This document shows, piece after piece, positions 17,250 to 25,088 of a DNA stretch of 25,088 bases (the first letter of the stretch is position 1; each line of letters opens with the position of its first letter). This DNA comes from Promethearchaeota archaeon (GTDB lineage Archaea; Asgardarchaeota; Lokiarchaeia; Sigyniarchaeales; SOKP01). The position numbers were made by a program, and so were the translations under genes. The notes below the pieces were generated by a model. It made no database searches. It was given only the letters and a program-made list of their open reading frames with translations, and was not told the DNA's origin. The DNA lies in contig JBHLON010000043.1 in the NCBI GenBank assembly GCA_048940445.1, positions 1 through 25,088 on the forward strand. The letters run 5' to 3'.

Positions 17250-18605
17250 CTAATATTTTGAATAATTATCTTTTTTCTGTATTATTTTTAAGTTTTTAAA
17301 GGATTCAAGATCTCTATCAAACTTTAAATATTGCTGTTTCACTTGACCTTTGTGAACATATTTTTCAATTATTTTTAAAATAATATTTCTATCAATAGTT
17401 CGATTTAATGCTTTTTCTAAAGGAGTTAGTTTGCTGATTAATACTGCTAAACTAATTTCCTTATATTTAGCAATACTATTAATTATACTTTTCTCTAATA
17501 CATTTGGAAAATCATCATCTTTTATAGATTTACAATCATTATTGCATATAAATATTATTCTCTCATCTTCAGTTAGATCCTTAAGAAAATTGTCAGTTAT
17601 AGGCACAGCGGTTATTCTCTTGCCATAATCGCGAAAAAGTTGATCAGTTAGATATCGTAAAACTACTTCTATACCTTCTCCTGTCAATATGGAGGTTTCA
17701 AAGAAGGTACACTCATATTCTAAAGCTAATTTTTCTGCTTTTTCTTTTATGTGTTCTCTACTTCTTCCAAGATCAATTTTATTACCTACAATTAGATAGA
17801 GAATATCTTTGTTATCAATGAATTGACGTGCTTCTGCTATCCAATCTTCGATTTTGTCCAGAGTTTCTTCTCTTGAGTAATCGAACATAATTAATATAGC
17901 ACTAGCATAATTAAAAAAGTACTTTCGCACTTTACCAAAACTTTTAAGACTTGACAAATCAAAAAAGTTGATTATACATTTATCCCCACTTTCTATTTCA
18001 ACTTGTTTTTCTATTAAAGACACACCTATGGTAGGATAATAGTATTCGATGAAATCATTACTACAAATCTTACGTACAAAAGCAGATTTTCCTACAGCTT
18101 CAGACCCAATTATCAATACATTTTTGCTTTCTGAGTTTAAAATTAATTTAGCTTCTTCATCTATTTTTGGAAAACTGCATGGAACTTCATGTTGACTTAA
18201 AATTAAAGATATTTTATCTGCGATGATATGAGTATATGGTACGTACAAATCTAAATTAGAATAATTATTCATGATTAACACTAACAAAGCAGCTGTATTT
18301 TCACCTAATTGAATATAGAATAATCGGAAATTATCCATATTGAAAGATCCACTTCCAATTTCTGACTGGGTTAGTCTTTTTATCCTATTTAGAGTTTGAT
18401 CTAAGAGACTTGTTATTCCACCGATTAACTCATCATCAAATTTCTTTACTGATTTTTTAGCAATTATAAAACCATCAAAATCAATAACTAGAACTGCTAA
18501 TAAATCTGGTATTGTTTGTATGAAATCATCTAATATCGTTTGTATATTGGTCGATGTACTCATAATCCCCGTTACCTCGAGTATTGATCTTATATAAATA
18601 TTCAT
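17250..18605 (-). CDS. Roadblock/LC7 + Rab-like small GTPase + winged-helix-like fusion protein
   Basis: Roadblock pattern LLAVLVIDFDGFIIA; G1 GSEAVGKS, G2 YPTIGV, degenerate G3 DLSSL, G4 GNKID and G5 ETSIL. The true start may be ATG18563. Confidence 0.88.
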   Translation of the reverse strand: MNIYIRSILEVTGIMSTSTNIQTILDDFIQTIPDLLAVLVIDFDGFIIAKKSVKKFDDELIGGITSLLDQTLNRIKRLTQSEIGSGSFNMDNFRLFYIQLGENTAALLVLIMNNYSNLDLYVPYTHIIADKISLILSQHEVPCSFPKIDEEAKLILNSESKNVLIIGSEAVGKSAFVRKICSNDFIEYYYPTIGVSLIEKQVEIESGDKCIINFFDLSSLKSFGKVRKYFFNYASAILIMFDYSREETLDKIEDWIAEARQFIDNKDILYLIVGNKIDLGRSREHIKEKAEKLALEYECTFFETSILTGEGIEVVLRYLTDQLFRDYGKRITAVPITDNFLKDLTEDERIIFICNNDCKSIKDDDFPNVLEKSIINSIAKYKEISLAVLISKLTPLEKALNRTIDRNIILKIIEKYVHKGQVKQQYLKFDRDLESFKNLKIIQKKDNYSKY

Positions 18606-18911
18606 AATGCTATTTATTAAATTTTAACATTTTATTATATTTATTTCATAAAATAAAGATGAAGAATTTACTTATTAATCGATTTTCACTAATAATATTG
18701 CCACAGATGCTTTATTTATTAAATTTAATTTAGATTTAATACTATATATTCACATTTTTTATGAAATAGATTAAAATCAAATGTTTCATTTTGCGCTGAT
18801 TAATAGTAAAAATGTCAAATTATTATGATAATTCATCTTAAATTAAAAAAAAATATAAAAATCTCAATATACTACTATCGAATATAATACAAATTAAAAG
18901 TAGACAGGAAA

Positions 18912-19601
18912 TTGAAAAAAAAATATAAAATAATCCTTGTAATAGCACTGATAAATCTTACTTTGTTTTCTATAAACACAAACATTAATGTTAAGGCACA
19001 AACTACCACTTATTCTATAGCTATCCATAATAATGAAGAGTATATCTGGGAAATCACTCTATTAGATGCGAGTACTTTTACGAGGGTTTTGGGATATGAA
19101 CCTAATTACCAAGTTGGAGATAGAATTCGGGTTATTATCGATACTGTAGAAGATCATGATTATTTTTGGTTCGTATCTGCATACTTTTGGGATTATGGTG
19201 CTGATTGGAGCCAGCAAGGTACGTTTAAACAAATGGCTGTTAGAAAAACTGCATATGAATATAATGATTCTATTTTTCTTCCCGTTCCTATTGCGGATTA
19301 CCTTGCAGCTGTACAGACTTATTTCGAACCAGAATACACTGCTGACGGTAATAAACTTTCAACAATTCAAAGAGCTCAAACAGATAGGGATTATTTACAT
19401 GAAAGAATATATAACGACAAAGGTGTTCTTATTACAGAAATTCTTTATGAATATCCTATTTTAAGACCATTCATAAAGGTGGAAGCAACTTTTGGTACGA
19501 TTCCAATGGGAATCTACTTTATTGGATTTATGATTGTTGCAATTGCATCCATAGCGGTTGTAATTTCGAAAAGAAAGAAGCTATCTATAAATAATTTTTA
19601 A
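18912..19601 (+). CDS. Secreted/surface protein with signal peptide and C-terminal membrane anchor
   Basis: MKKKYK + hydrophobic stretch + VKA; C-terminal IPMG + TM helix + KRKK. Confidence 0.85.
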   Translation: MKKKYKIILVIALINLTLFSINTNINVKAQTTTYSIAIHNNEEYIWEITLLDASTFTRVLGYEPNYQVGDRIRVIIDTVEDHDYFWFVSAYFWDYGADWSQQGTFKQMAVRKTAYEYNDSIFLPVPIADYLAAVQTYFEPEYTADGNKLSTIQRAQTDRDYLHERIYNDKGVLITEILYEYPILRPFIKVEATFGTIPMGIYFIGFMIVAIASIAVVISKRKKLSINNF

Positions 19602-19653
19602 GTTTTATCATCTAGAAATTGATATTAATTTCTATCAATTAATTATTGATAGG

Positions 19654-21147
19654 TTATTTTATCTTCTCTAAGTATTTTGAAGTTCCATCGTAAATATACT
19701 TCGGGAAGACCAATTCTTGAGGATAATACTTACAACCAGGAGGATATGCAGAATCCTTTATCCCACCTAAAGCTACCGTGATATCTGTAAGCATGGGTCG
19801 TGCGTTGATGTAAATATTTGCTGCTTCGAGTTGATTTTTAAAAATTTCAACGTTTTCTGAATTTGATGTATACGCAACAGCTCTCATACCATAATTACTA
19901 GCGTTAGCTAATTTAATTGCATCTTTTAAATCTTTAGCTTTCGTTATGGATCGTACTGGGCCAAAAGCTTCTTCTCTCCATAAAAAGGGAGCTTTAGTTA
20001 AATCTTCACATAATTCCGATCTTATTTCCACTAATGTGGGTTTATAAAATAGGCCATAATCCTCTCCAGTATCAATTTTTTCACCACCGGTAAATATCTT
20101 AACATTGTATTTCTTTGCATCTGCAACCATCACCTCCATCATCATTAATATTTTCCGACTACCTAAAGGCCCAATATCTACGTCAGGATCTTTCGGATCT
20201 CCATATTTCAACTTCTCAATTTCTTTTACTAAGCATTCGACATAATCCTCATAAATATTTGAGTGCACAATAATCCTTTTCATTGAAAAACATTGTTGCC
20301 CAGAATTTGTATAACTTGCCATAGCATTCCATTTTGCTACTTGTTCTAAGTTAACATCATCCATGACAATACCTGCATCATTACCAGCACATTCAAAGAA
20401 AAAATTCTTAAAAGGCTGAGTATACATAGTAACACCCATTGATTTATCTACTGTCCTTTTCAAGATATTTGCATAACGAACAAGGATATCTTTCGCTGTG
20501 TGAGAGGATGTGATTGTCATTATCGTTTTGACAAATGGAGAACGAAGGAATTCGTTAACAGCCCATTCTCCAGGTGCAATAACTATATCTAGAGCTTCAA
20601 GAGCGGGGAGATTAGTCTCTTCCATCATAGAATACGCTTCTAACATAGTTAGAGGACAAGCAGTGGATGGCTTAACGATAGCTCCATTTCCAACTAAATA
20701 ATTTGCTCCTAATTGATAAAGTGGAAGACTTATAGGAGTATTACGGGGAGATATACATGCTGCAATCCCATGTGGAATATATCTTATTCGTACAAATTTC
20801 TCTCCTTCTATACTAGTTAGCTGTTTTTCCTCTAGAAATTGATAATACCAGTCACAAAATCGAAATCCATTGGTAACAATGTTCAACTCCCATTCCGAAT
20901 ACTTAATTGGTAAACCTCCCTCCGCTACAATCAATTCTTTTAATTGATTTTTTTTAAATCGCATTTTACCTGCAAATTGTGAAAGGAGTCGAGCGCGTTC
21001 AAAGAAATCCATTTCCTTTAGTCGATCTTGATTTTTATTTATAATTTTAATTTTTTCTCGGACTGTTTCTGGTGTATCTGCTGCGACAGTCCTAATAACT
21101 TCTCCTGTATATTTATTTGTTATCTTAAGTTCTTGAACTTTTGACAT
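19654..21147 (-). CDS. Aldehyde dehydrogenase family protein (divergent)
   Basis: PRNTP, VKPS, ECAGND, SGQQC, YGDP.D...DIGPL and EEAFGPV motifs. Confidence 0.92.
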   Translation of the reverse strand: MSKVQELKITNKYTGEVIRTVAADTPETVREKIKIINKNQDRLKEMDFFERARLLSQFAGKMRFKKNQLKELIVAEGGLPIKYSEWELNIVTNGFRFCDWYYQFLEEKQLTSIEGEKFVRIRYIPHGIAACISPRNTPISLPLYQLGANYLVGNGAIVKPSTACPLTMLEAYSMMEETNLPALEALDIVIAPGEWAVNEFLRSPFVKTIMTITSSHTAKDILVRYANILKRTVDKSMGVTMYTQPFKNFFFECAGNDAGIVMDDVNLEQVAKWNAMASYTNSGQQCFSMKRIIVHSNIYEDYVECLVKEIEKLKYGDPKDPDVDIGPLGSRKILMMMEVMVADAKKYNVKIFTGGEKIDTGEDYGLFYKPTLVEIRSELCEDLTKAPFLWREEAFGPVRSITKAKDLKDAIKLANASNYGMRAVAYTSNSENVEIFKNQLEAANIYINARPMLTDITVALGGIKDSAYPPGCKYYPQELVFPKYIYDGTSKYLEKIK

Positions 21148-21194
21148 ATTCTTTTACCTTAGTAAAATTTGAAAATGAAAATTAAAAAACGTTT

Positions 21195-21662
21195 TTAAAT
21201 ATCATCATTCTCGAGAATACCAGCAGTTTGAGCAAATTTTCCATAACCCATCTGAATTAAAGTCAGGGTCCTTTTTTGTAAAAAAAAGTCAATCCATCCT
21301 TTTTCCTCATCTGGATTATTATAAAAGCTCCCGAGGAGTTTAACATATTCTTTTTTCGTTGTGGTTTGGATTAACCTATTGACAGCTTCTACTGAGAGTG
21401 CCAATTCTATATCAGGATTCTTGGCTCTACCTGGATTTATTTCAATTTCATGATCATTGCGATATACATTAAAAACATCCATGGGTGAACGCTTATCATA
21501 AGCTTCAATTGATTTATAAATAGCAAAATCAAAATTTGATCCAGAACACAAGTCTGAAAATATCTCAGGAAATTTAGACAGAAAATTGGTATATTTTTTC
21601 ACAATTTCTGTTTTATATGCATTTTTACCTAGTATTTGACTTGTTAATTCTTTATCTAACAT
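21195..21662 (-). CDS. Hypothetical protein, possibly SCP2-like lipid-binding fold
   Basis: EIEINPGRAKNPDIELALSVEAVNRLI resembles the SCP2 'G...PD' strand-helix motif. Confidence 0.45.
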   Translation of the reverse strand: MLDKELTSQILGKNAYKTEIVKKYTNFLSKFPEIFSDLCSGSNFDFAIYKSIEAYDKRSPMDVFNVYRNDHEIEINPGRAKNPDIELALSVEAVNRLIQTTTKKEYVKLLGSFYNNPDEEKGWIDFFLQKRTLTLIQMGYGKFAQTAGILENDDI

Positions 21663-21674
21663 ATATAAACCACC

Positions 21675-22667
21675 TTATTTCTTCTCTTTAAGATAATTTT
21701 TATACCAATTAATAGTCTGCTTTAAACCTTCTCTTAAGGGTGTGATTTTATAATCTAACCTTTCAATGGCTTTTTTTGATGAGTAAGACCAGTTATAATT
21801 AATCATTTTAATTGTTGGTCGATTTATATGGGGCATTTTTTTTGTGATTTTTGTCTTAATTTCATATAACCAACCATATAAAAGTGCTAAACTCATAGGA
21901 AAATGTCTAATCTTTTTTTTTACTTCAGCAATTTCCGCGATGAGATCAAGCCACTCACTAAAAACTGTATTTATTCCCCCAAGGATAAATTCTTCTCCCT
22001 TTAAATCATCTCTTCCGATCACACTAATTAATCCATTTACTATATCGTTTACGTAGACAAAACTACCAATATTCTTCCCTTTTCCTGGACATCCCAGAAA
22101 ATCTTCCGCGGTGATATCTAATATAGTTTGCCCAAAAATATTAAAATCTCTTGGTCCATAAGCTATTCCGGGGTAAAATATCGTTACATCAAGACCTTTC
22201 TTGATATAATCTTTTACTATTTTTTTAGCTTGAAATTTAGTTTTACCATAATCAAGAAACAAACCTTCTTCACTTTCAAAAGATTCATCCACAGGCTCAA
22301 TAGGAGTAGCTCCAAGCGCAATAAATGAGCTAACATAATTTAATTTTAATCCTTTTTCCAATGCTATTTTAGCAATATTTTCAGTTGCTTTAATATTCAC
22401 TTCTTCAAAAATGGATGAATCTCTTGCCCACATACGTGTATAAGCAGCAAGATGATATATAATGTCGATCCCTTCTACTGCCTTATCTAAAATACTTTCA
22501 TCTCGAATATCACCAAAAATATATTCAATGTTATTCAGTTGTTGAAAAGGAGAAATGTCGCTTGTTTCTCGTACTAATAGGTGTACTTGGTGCTCTAATT
22601 GATGTAATTTCTCTACTAATGGAATGCCAATAAACCCAGTGCCACCAGTAATCAATATATTAGCCAT
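21675..22667 (-). CDS. Extended SDR, NAD-dependent epimerase/dehydratase (HpnA/DFR-like)
   Basis: ITGGTGFIG, GDIRD, HLAA, VSS and YGKTK (YxxxK) motifs. Confidence 0.93.
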   Translation of the reverse strand: MANILITGGTGFIGIPLVEKLHQLEHQVHLLVRETSDISPFQQLNNIEYIFGDIRDESILDKAVEGIDIIYHLAAYTRMWARDSSIFEEVNIKATENIAKIALEKGLKLNYVSSFIALGATPIEPVDESFESEEGLFLDYGKTKFQAKKIVKDYIKKGLDVTIFYPGIAYGPRDFNIFGQTILDITAEDFLGCPGKGKNIGSFVYVNDIVNGLISVIGRDDLKGEEFILGGINTVFSEWLDLIAEIAEVKKKIRHFPMSLALLYGWLYEIKTKITKKMPHINRPTIKMINYNWSYSSKKAIERLDYKITPLREGLKQTINWYKNYLKEKK

Positions 22668-22804
22668 GATTAAGAATGAAACTAATAGGATTTAAAAACT
22701 AATATTAGAAATTATTTTAGTTTTAAAAGGTTAATAATACTAATCCTATTTGTAACGATTAAAAGTTTTAAAATTAGGAAAGTAAAGAGGAAGAATTTAC
22801 ATTT

Positions 22805-23374
22805 ATGGGTAATTTCTTTGAAATATTAATGAAGAAATCATCATTTGTTAATGTTAGTTCTCAACTAGATTTACCCTTTTTAGAAACAGATGAAGATCAT
22901 ATTACTAGCATTTTTAAAACTCTTAAACAAGAATATGGATTAAGAGAGCATTCTAAGCAACAGTTAATAGATTTAGGGGCCGGGAATGGAAAAGTAATTA
23001 TTTATTCTGCCATAAATTATGATATAAAGTCTCTAGGAATTGAAATTAACCTTGATTTAATTAATGAAGCGAAAGGGTATCTTAAATCCTTAAGAAAGGA
23101 AAAAGCTCTCCAGAAGAAGATATCAAAAAAAATTAAATTCATTCATGGAGATTTATATGATATTAATCTAGAGAATTTTGACTTTATATATATCTATTCA
23201 TTCCCTCCTATGCATAAATATCTCCCACATCTGTTACTAACAGCCAAAAGAGGTTCAATTCTTATTTCTTATAAGTATGCATTAAATGGTTTTGAAAATT
23301 TGAAATTTGATTATGAATTGAGAAATACGATAAAGGAACAAACTATTTCCAGCTTCTTTTATATAGTGTTATAA
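22805..23374 (+). CDS. Class I SAM-dependent methyltransferase (aKMT/FAM173-like lysine methyltransferase candidate)
   Basis: LPFLET, IDLGAGNGKV, GIEIN, HGDL and DFIYIY motifs. Confidence 0.85.
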   Translation: MGNFFEILMKKSSFVNVSSQLDLPFLETDEDHITSIFKTLKQEYGLREHSKQQLIDLGAGNGKVIIYSAINYDIKSLGIEINLDLINEAKGYLKSLRKEKALQKKISKKIKFIHGDLYDINLENFDFIYIYSFPPMHKYLPHLLLTAKRGSILISYKYALNGFENLKFDYELRNTIKEQTISSFFYIVL

Positions 23375-23387
23375 TATAATAAAAAAA

Positions 23388-23407
23388 CGTGAAATGAGTG
23401 TTTCACG
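23388..23407. repeat. Perfect 7-bp inverted repeat CGTGAAA-N6-TTTCACG
   Basis: Read directly; lies 13 nt after the methyltransferase stop and ~100 nt before the Zn-ribbon ORF. Confidence 0.6.
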
Positions 23408-23505
23408 AATTTAATGAAAAAAAGCAATAAATCAATTAAGTCTTAAATAGTAAGCATTCTTCTATTTATTGACTCTAGATATTCAAGATATAAGAGGTAA
23501 ATATA

Positions 23506-23760
23506 ATTCCTGAAATAGAAGAAATAGCGTATAAATGTAGGAATTGTGGAGCGAAAATATCTCCTGGTTATGATTTCTGCCTTACATGTGGAACAAAATA
23601 TAGTGAAATGCCCCCAAAAAAAGTAGGAAGAGATATTTATGGTGATGCTAGCAAAGGATCTAGATTCTTATATGGTTGTATTGGAACGATTATTATTGGA
23701 ATTATTATTTTTCTGATTCTAATCTTTGTTTATCTTCCAGGAATAATAAAACAGTTTTAG
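23506..23760 (+). CDS. Small Zn-ribbon membrane protein (84 aa; non-canonical ATT/ATA start; not in the ORF track)
   Basis: (M)PEIEEIAYKCRNCGAKISPGYDFCLTCGTK...FLYGCIGTIIIGIIIFLILIFVYLPGIIKQF*; GAGGT at 23494-23498. Confidence 0.75.
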   Translation: MPEIEEIAYKCRNCGAKISPGYDFCLTCGTKYSEMPPKKVGRDIYGDASKGSRFLYGCIGTIIIGIIIFLILIFVYLPGIIKQF

Positions 23761-23767
23761 TATCTTT

Positions 23768-24631
23768 TTATGCGCCAATCCATGATATTGTATATTTTAA
23801 ACCCTCAGGGATATTACTATTTGGTTTAATGAAATCCCACTTTCCAGAAATTCCCAATTGCTCAGCTGAAAGATCAAAATGACAGATTGCTATTCCTATA
23901 TCAAGTCGCACGAATTTATTGTAAGCAGATACTCTCTTAGAGTTGGAATATTTTACAAAAAAGTGAAATATATCTCTATTATCTTCTTTAAATATTCTCC
24001 ATGGTTGATTATTACCTGCTGATGGACTAATTCTGACCATTTCGAGGATCTTATTGTACGCTCCAATACTCTCTTGATTAATTGGGGTATTGAAGTCTCC
24101 ATTATAAAAAATCTCGTCCCAAGATTTTCTTACTTTTGCTTTTACTAATGATCTGATGATTCGCTCTTTTACTCTTCTTGTGGCAGCGTATCCAACTGGA
24201 GTTATAGCGGGAATTATTTCATTATCTTTAAGTTCTATCATTTCAGAGAATTGAGAACGACTGAATGTACCTCCAAGCCAGCATGTCTTTAAATTCATAT
24301 CTGTTAATGCTAATATGATAGTTTCAAATATATACCCATAATTTTCCAGATCATACTGAGATTTCTCAGTTGCTCCTGCTATGAATTGTTGGGCTCCTTT
24401 AATCATTCCATAAGTACCAATCTTAATATTCTCATTTGGATTGAACTCTGGTACACTTATTAATTGAAATCGAGAACTAGCAGATTTATTTTTGAAAGGG
24501 CTCTCAATATCCTCTATTTTTAAAATATTATCAACTCTATTTCTTAGATCTTGTTCTATCAGTTTATTTGCATAAGTTCTCCAAGAAGTACGTTCTTTAA
24601 TGATTTCAATTATTGATTTTGAAAATTTCAT
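23768..24631 (-). CDS. Nitroreductase family protein (tandem domain)
   Basis: IKERTSWRTY, TCWLGGTF, SPSAGNNQPW and LDIGIAICHF motifs. Confidence 0.92.
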   Translation of the reverse strand: MKFSKSIIEIIKERTSWRTYANKLIEQDLRNRVDNILKIEDIESPFKNKSASSRFQLISVPEFNPNENIKIGTYGMIKGAQQFIAGATEKSQYDLENYGYIFETIILALTDMNLKTCWLGGTFSRSQFSEMIELKDNEIIPAITPVGYAATRRVKERIIRSLVKAKVRKSWDEIFYNGDFNTPINQESIGAYNKILEMVRISPSAGNNQPWRIFKEDNRDIFHFFVKYSNSKRVSAYNKFVRLDIGIAICHFDLSAEQLGISGKWDFIKPNSNIPEGLKYTISWIGA

Positions 24632-24701
24632 AGTTTTGTGTTCAATATTAATATGATTAGGCTTTCTAAGAATTGAAATTTAATAACTTTAATTTTTATA
24701 A

Positions 24702-25048
24702 TTAATCAGGAAAACAATTATTAACTTTGATTAAAGTGTACTTAAGATATTGCCTCATAAAGTATCGTTCACTATTGCAATATTTTAATTTTTGATTACT
24801 ATCCAAATTCTCACAACTTTCAAGTAGCTTATGAACATCTAAAGCCATTGTTAGATATTCTTTTTTCGCTAAATCACATTTGTATATGAGATTTTGATTA
24901 TTTGATATAGAAGAAGTATCTCCTTGAAATTCTCCTATTTCTAGAAGAGAAGTATTTTCTAAGGATTTGGTTTCTTTAGAGAGTTTTTCTATTGCTGAAT
25001 TATTAATAGAACCTTTTGAAATGAATACTCATCTCGGAGAATTTTCAT
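24702..25048 (-). pseudogene. Possible frameshifted hypothetical gene
   Basis: A 108-codon stop-free frame (25028-24702) has no early start. ATG25048 (MKILRDEYSF) is one base out of frame. Confidence 0.35.
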
Positions 25049-25088
25049 ATTAATGAAAATAAGAGAAAAAACTTATTTAAAAAGGAAG

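Noticed and set aside
17250-17280. CAAX/CC prenylation signal on the Rab-like GTPase linking it to the CPBP protease
   Set aside because: The C-terminus is KDNYSKY with no Cys.
2724-23882. Short alternative ORFs (2724, 7691, 8768, 9029, 9968, 14010, 14561, 15209, 17431, 19156, 20510, 21844, 22128, 23676)
   Set aside because: All overlap well-supported genes in antisense or alternate frames and show no motifs.
1-25088. CRISPR array, rRNA, transposase or defence system
   Set aside because: No regularly spaced repeats, rRNA-like tracts or recognisable motifs found by eye.

Overview
AT-rich archaeal chromosome window. It is most consistent with an Asgard (Lokiarchaeia-like) genome, inferred from the archaeal informational genes plus a Roadblock/LC7-Rab-like GTPase fusion. 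Housekeeping genes are a proteasome beta subunit (partial, missed by the ORF track), rps8e, srp19, hypA and gltX. Metabolic genes include an aldo-keto reductase, MtxX-like protein, two HADs, a sugar-phosphate nucleotidyltransferase, amidase, divergent ALDH, SDR, methyltransferase and nitroreductase. The first main highlight is a three-gene candidate signalling module at 16074-18605. It comprises a Roadblock + Rab-like GTPase with a degenerate G3 motif, a Zn-ribbon protein that shares a gapless ~86-aa winged-helix-like C-terminal domain with the GTPase, and a translationally coupled V4R/Bet3-like protein. The second is a tRNA-Arg(GCG) split by two introns at non-canonical positions. Also present are an intron-containing tRNA-Pro(GGG), a pseudogenised tandem paralog, a probable Nudix remnant and a small Zn-ribbon membrane gene lacking a canonical start codon. 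No CRISPR array, rRNA or transposase was seen. All calls come from reading motifs by eye; no searches were run.
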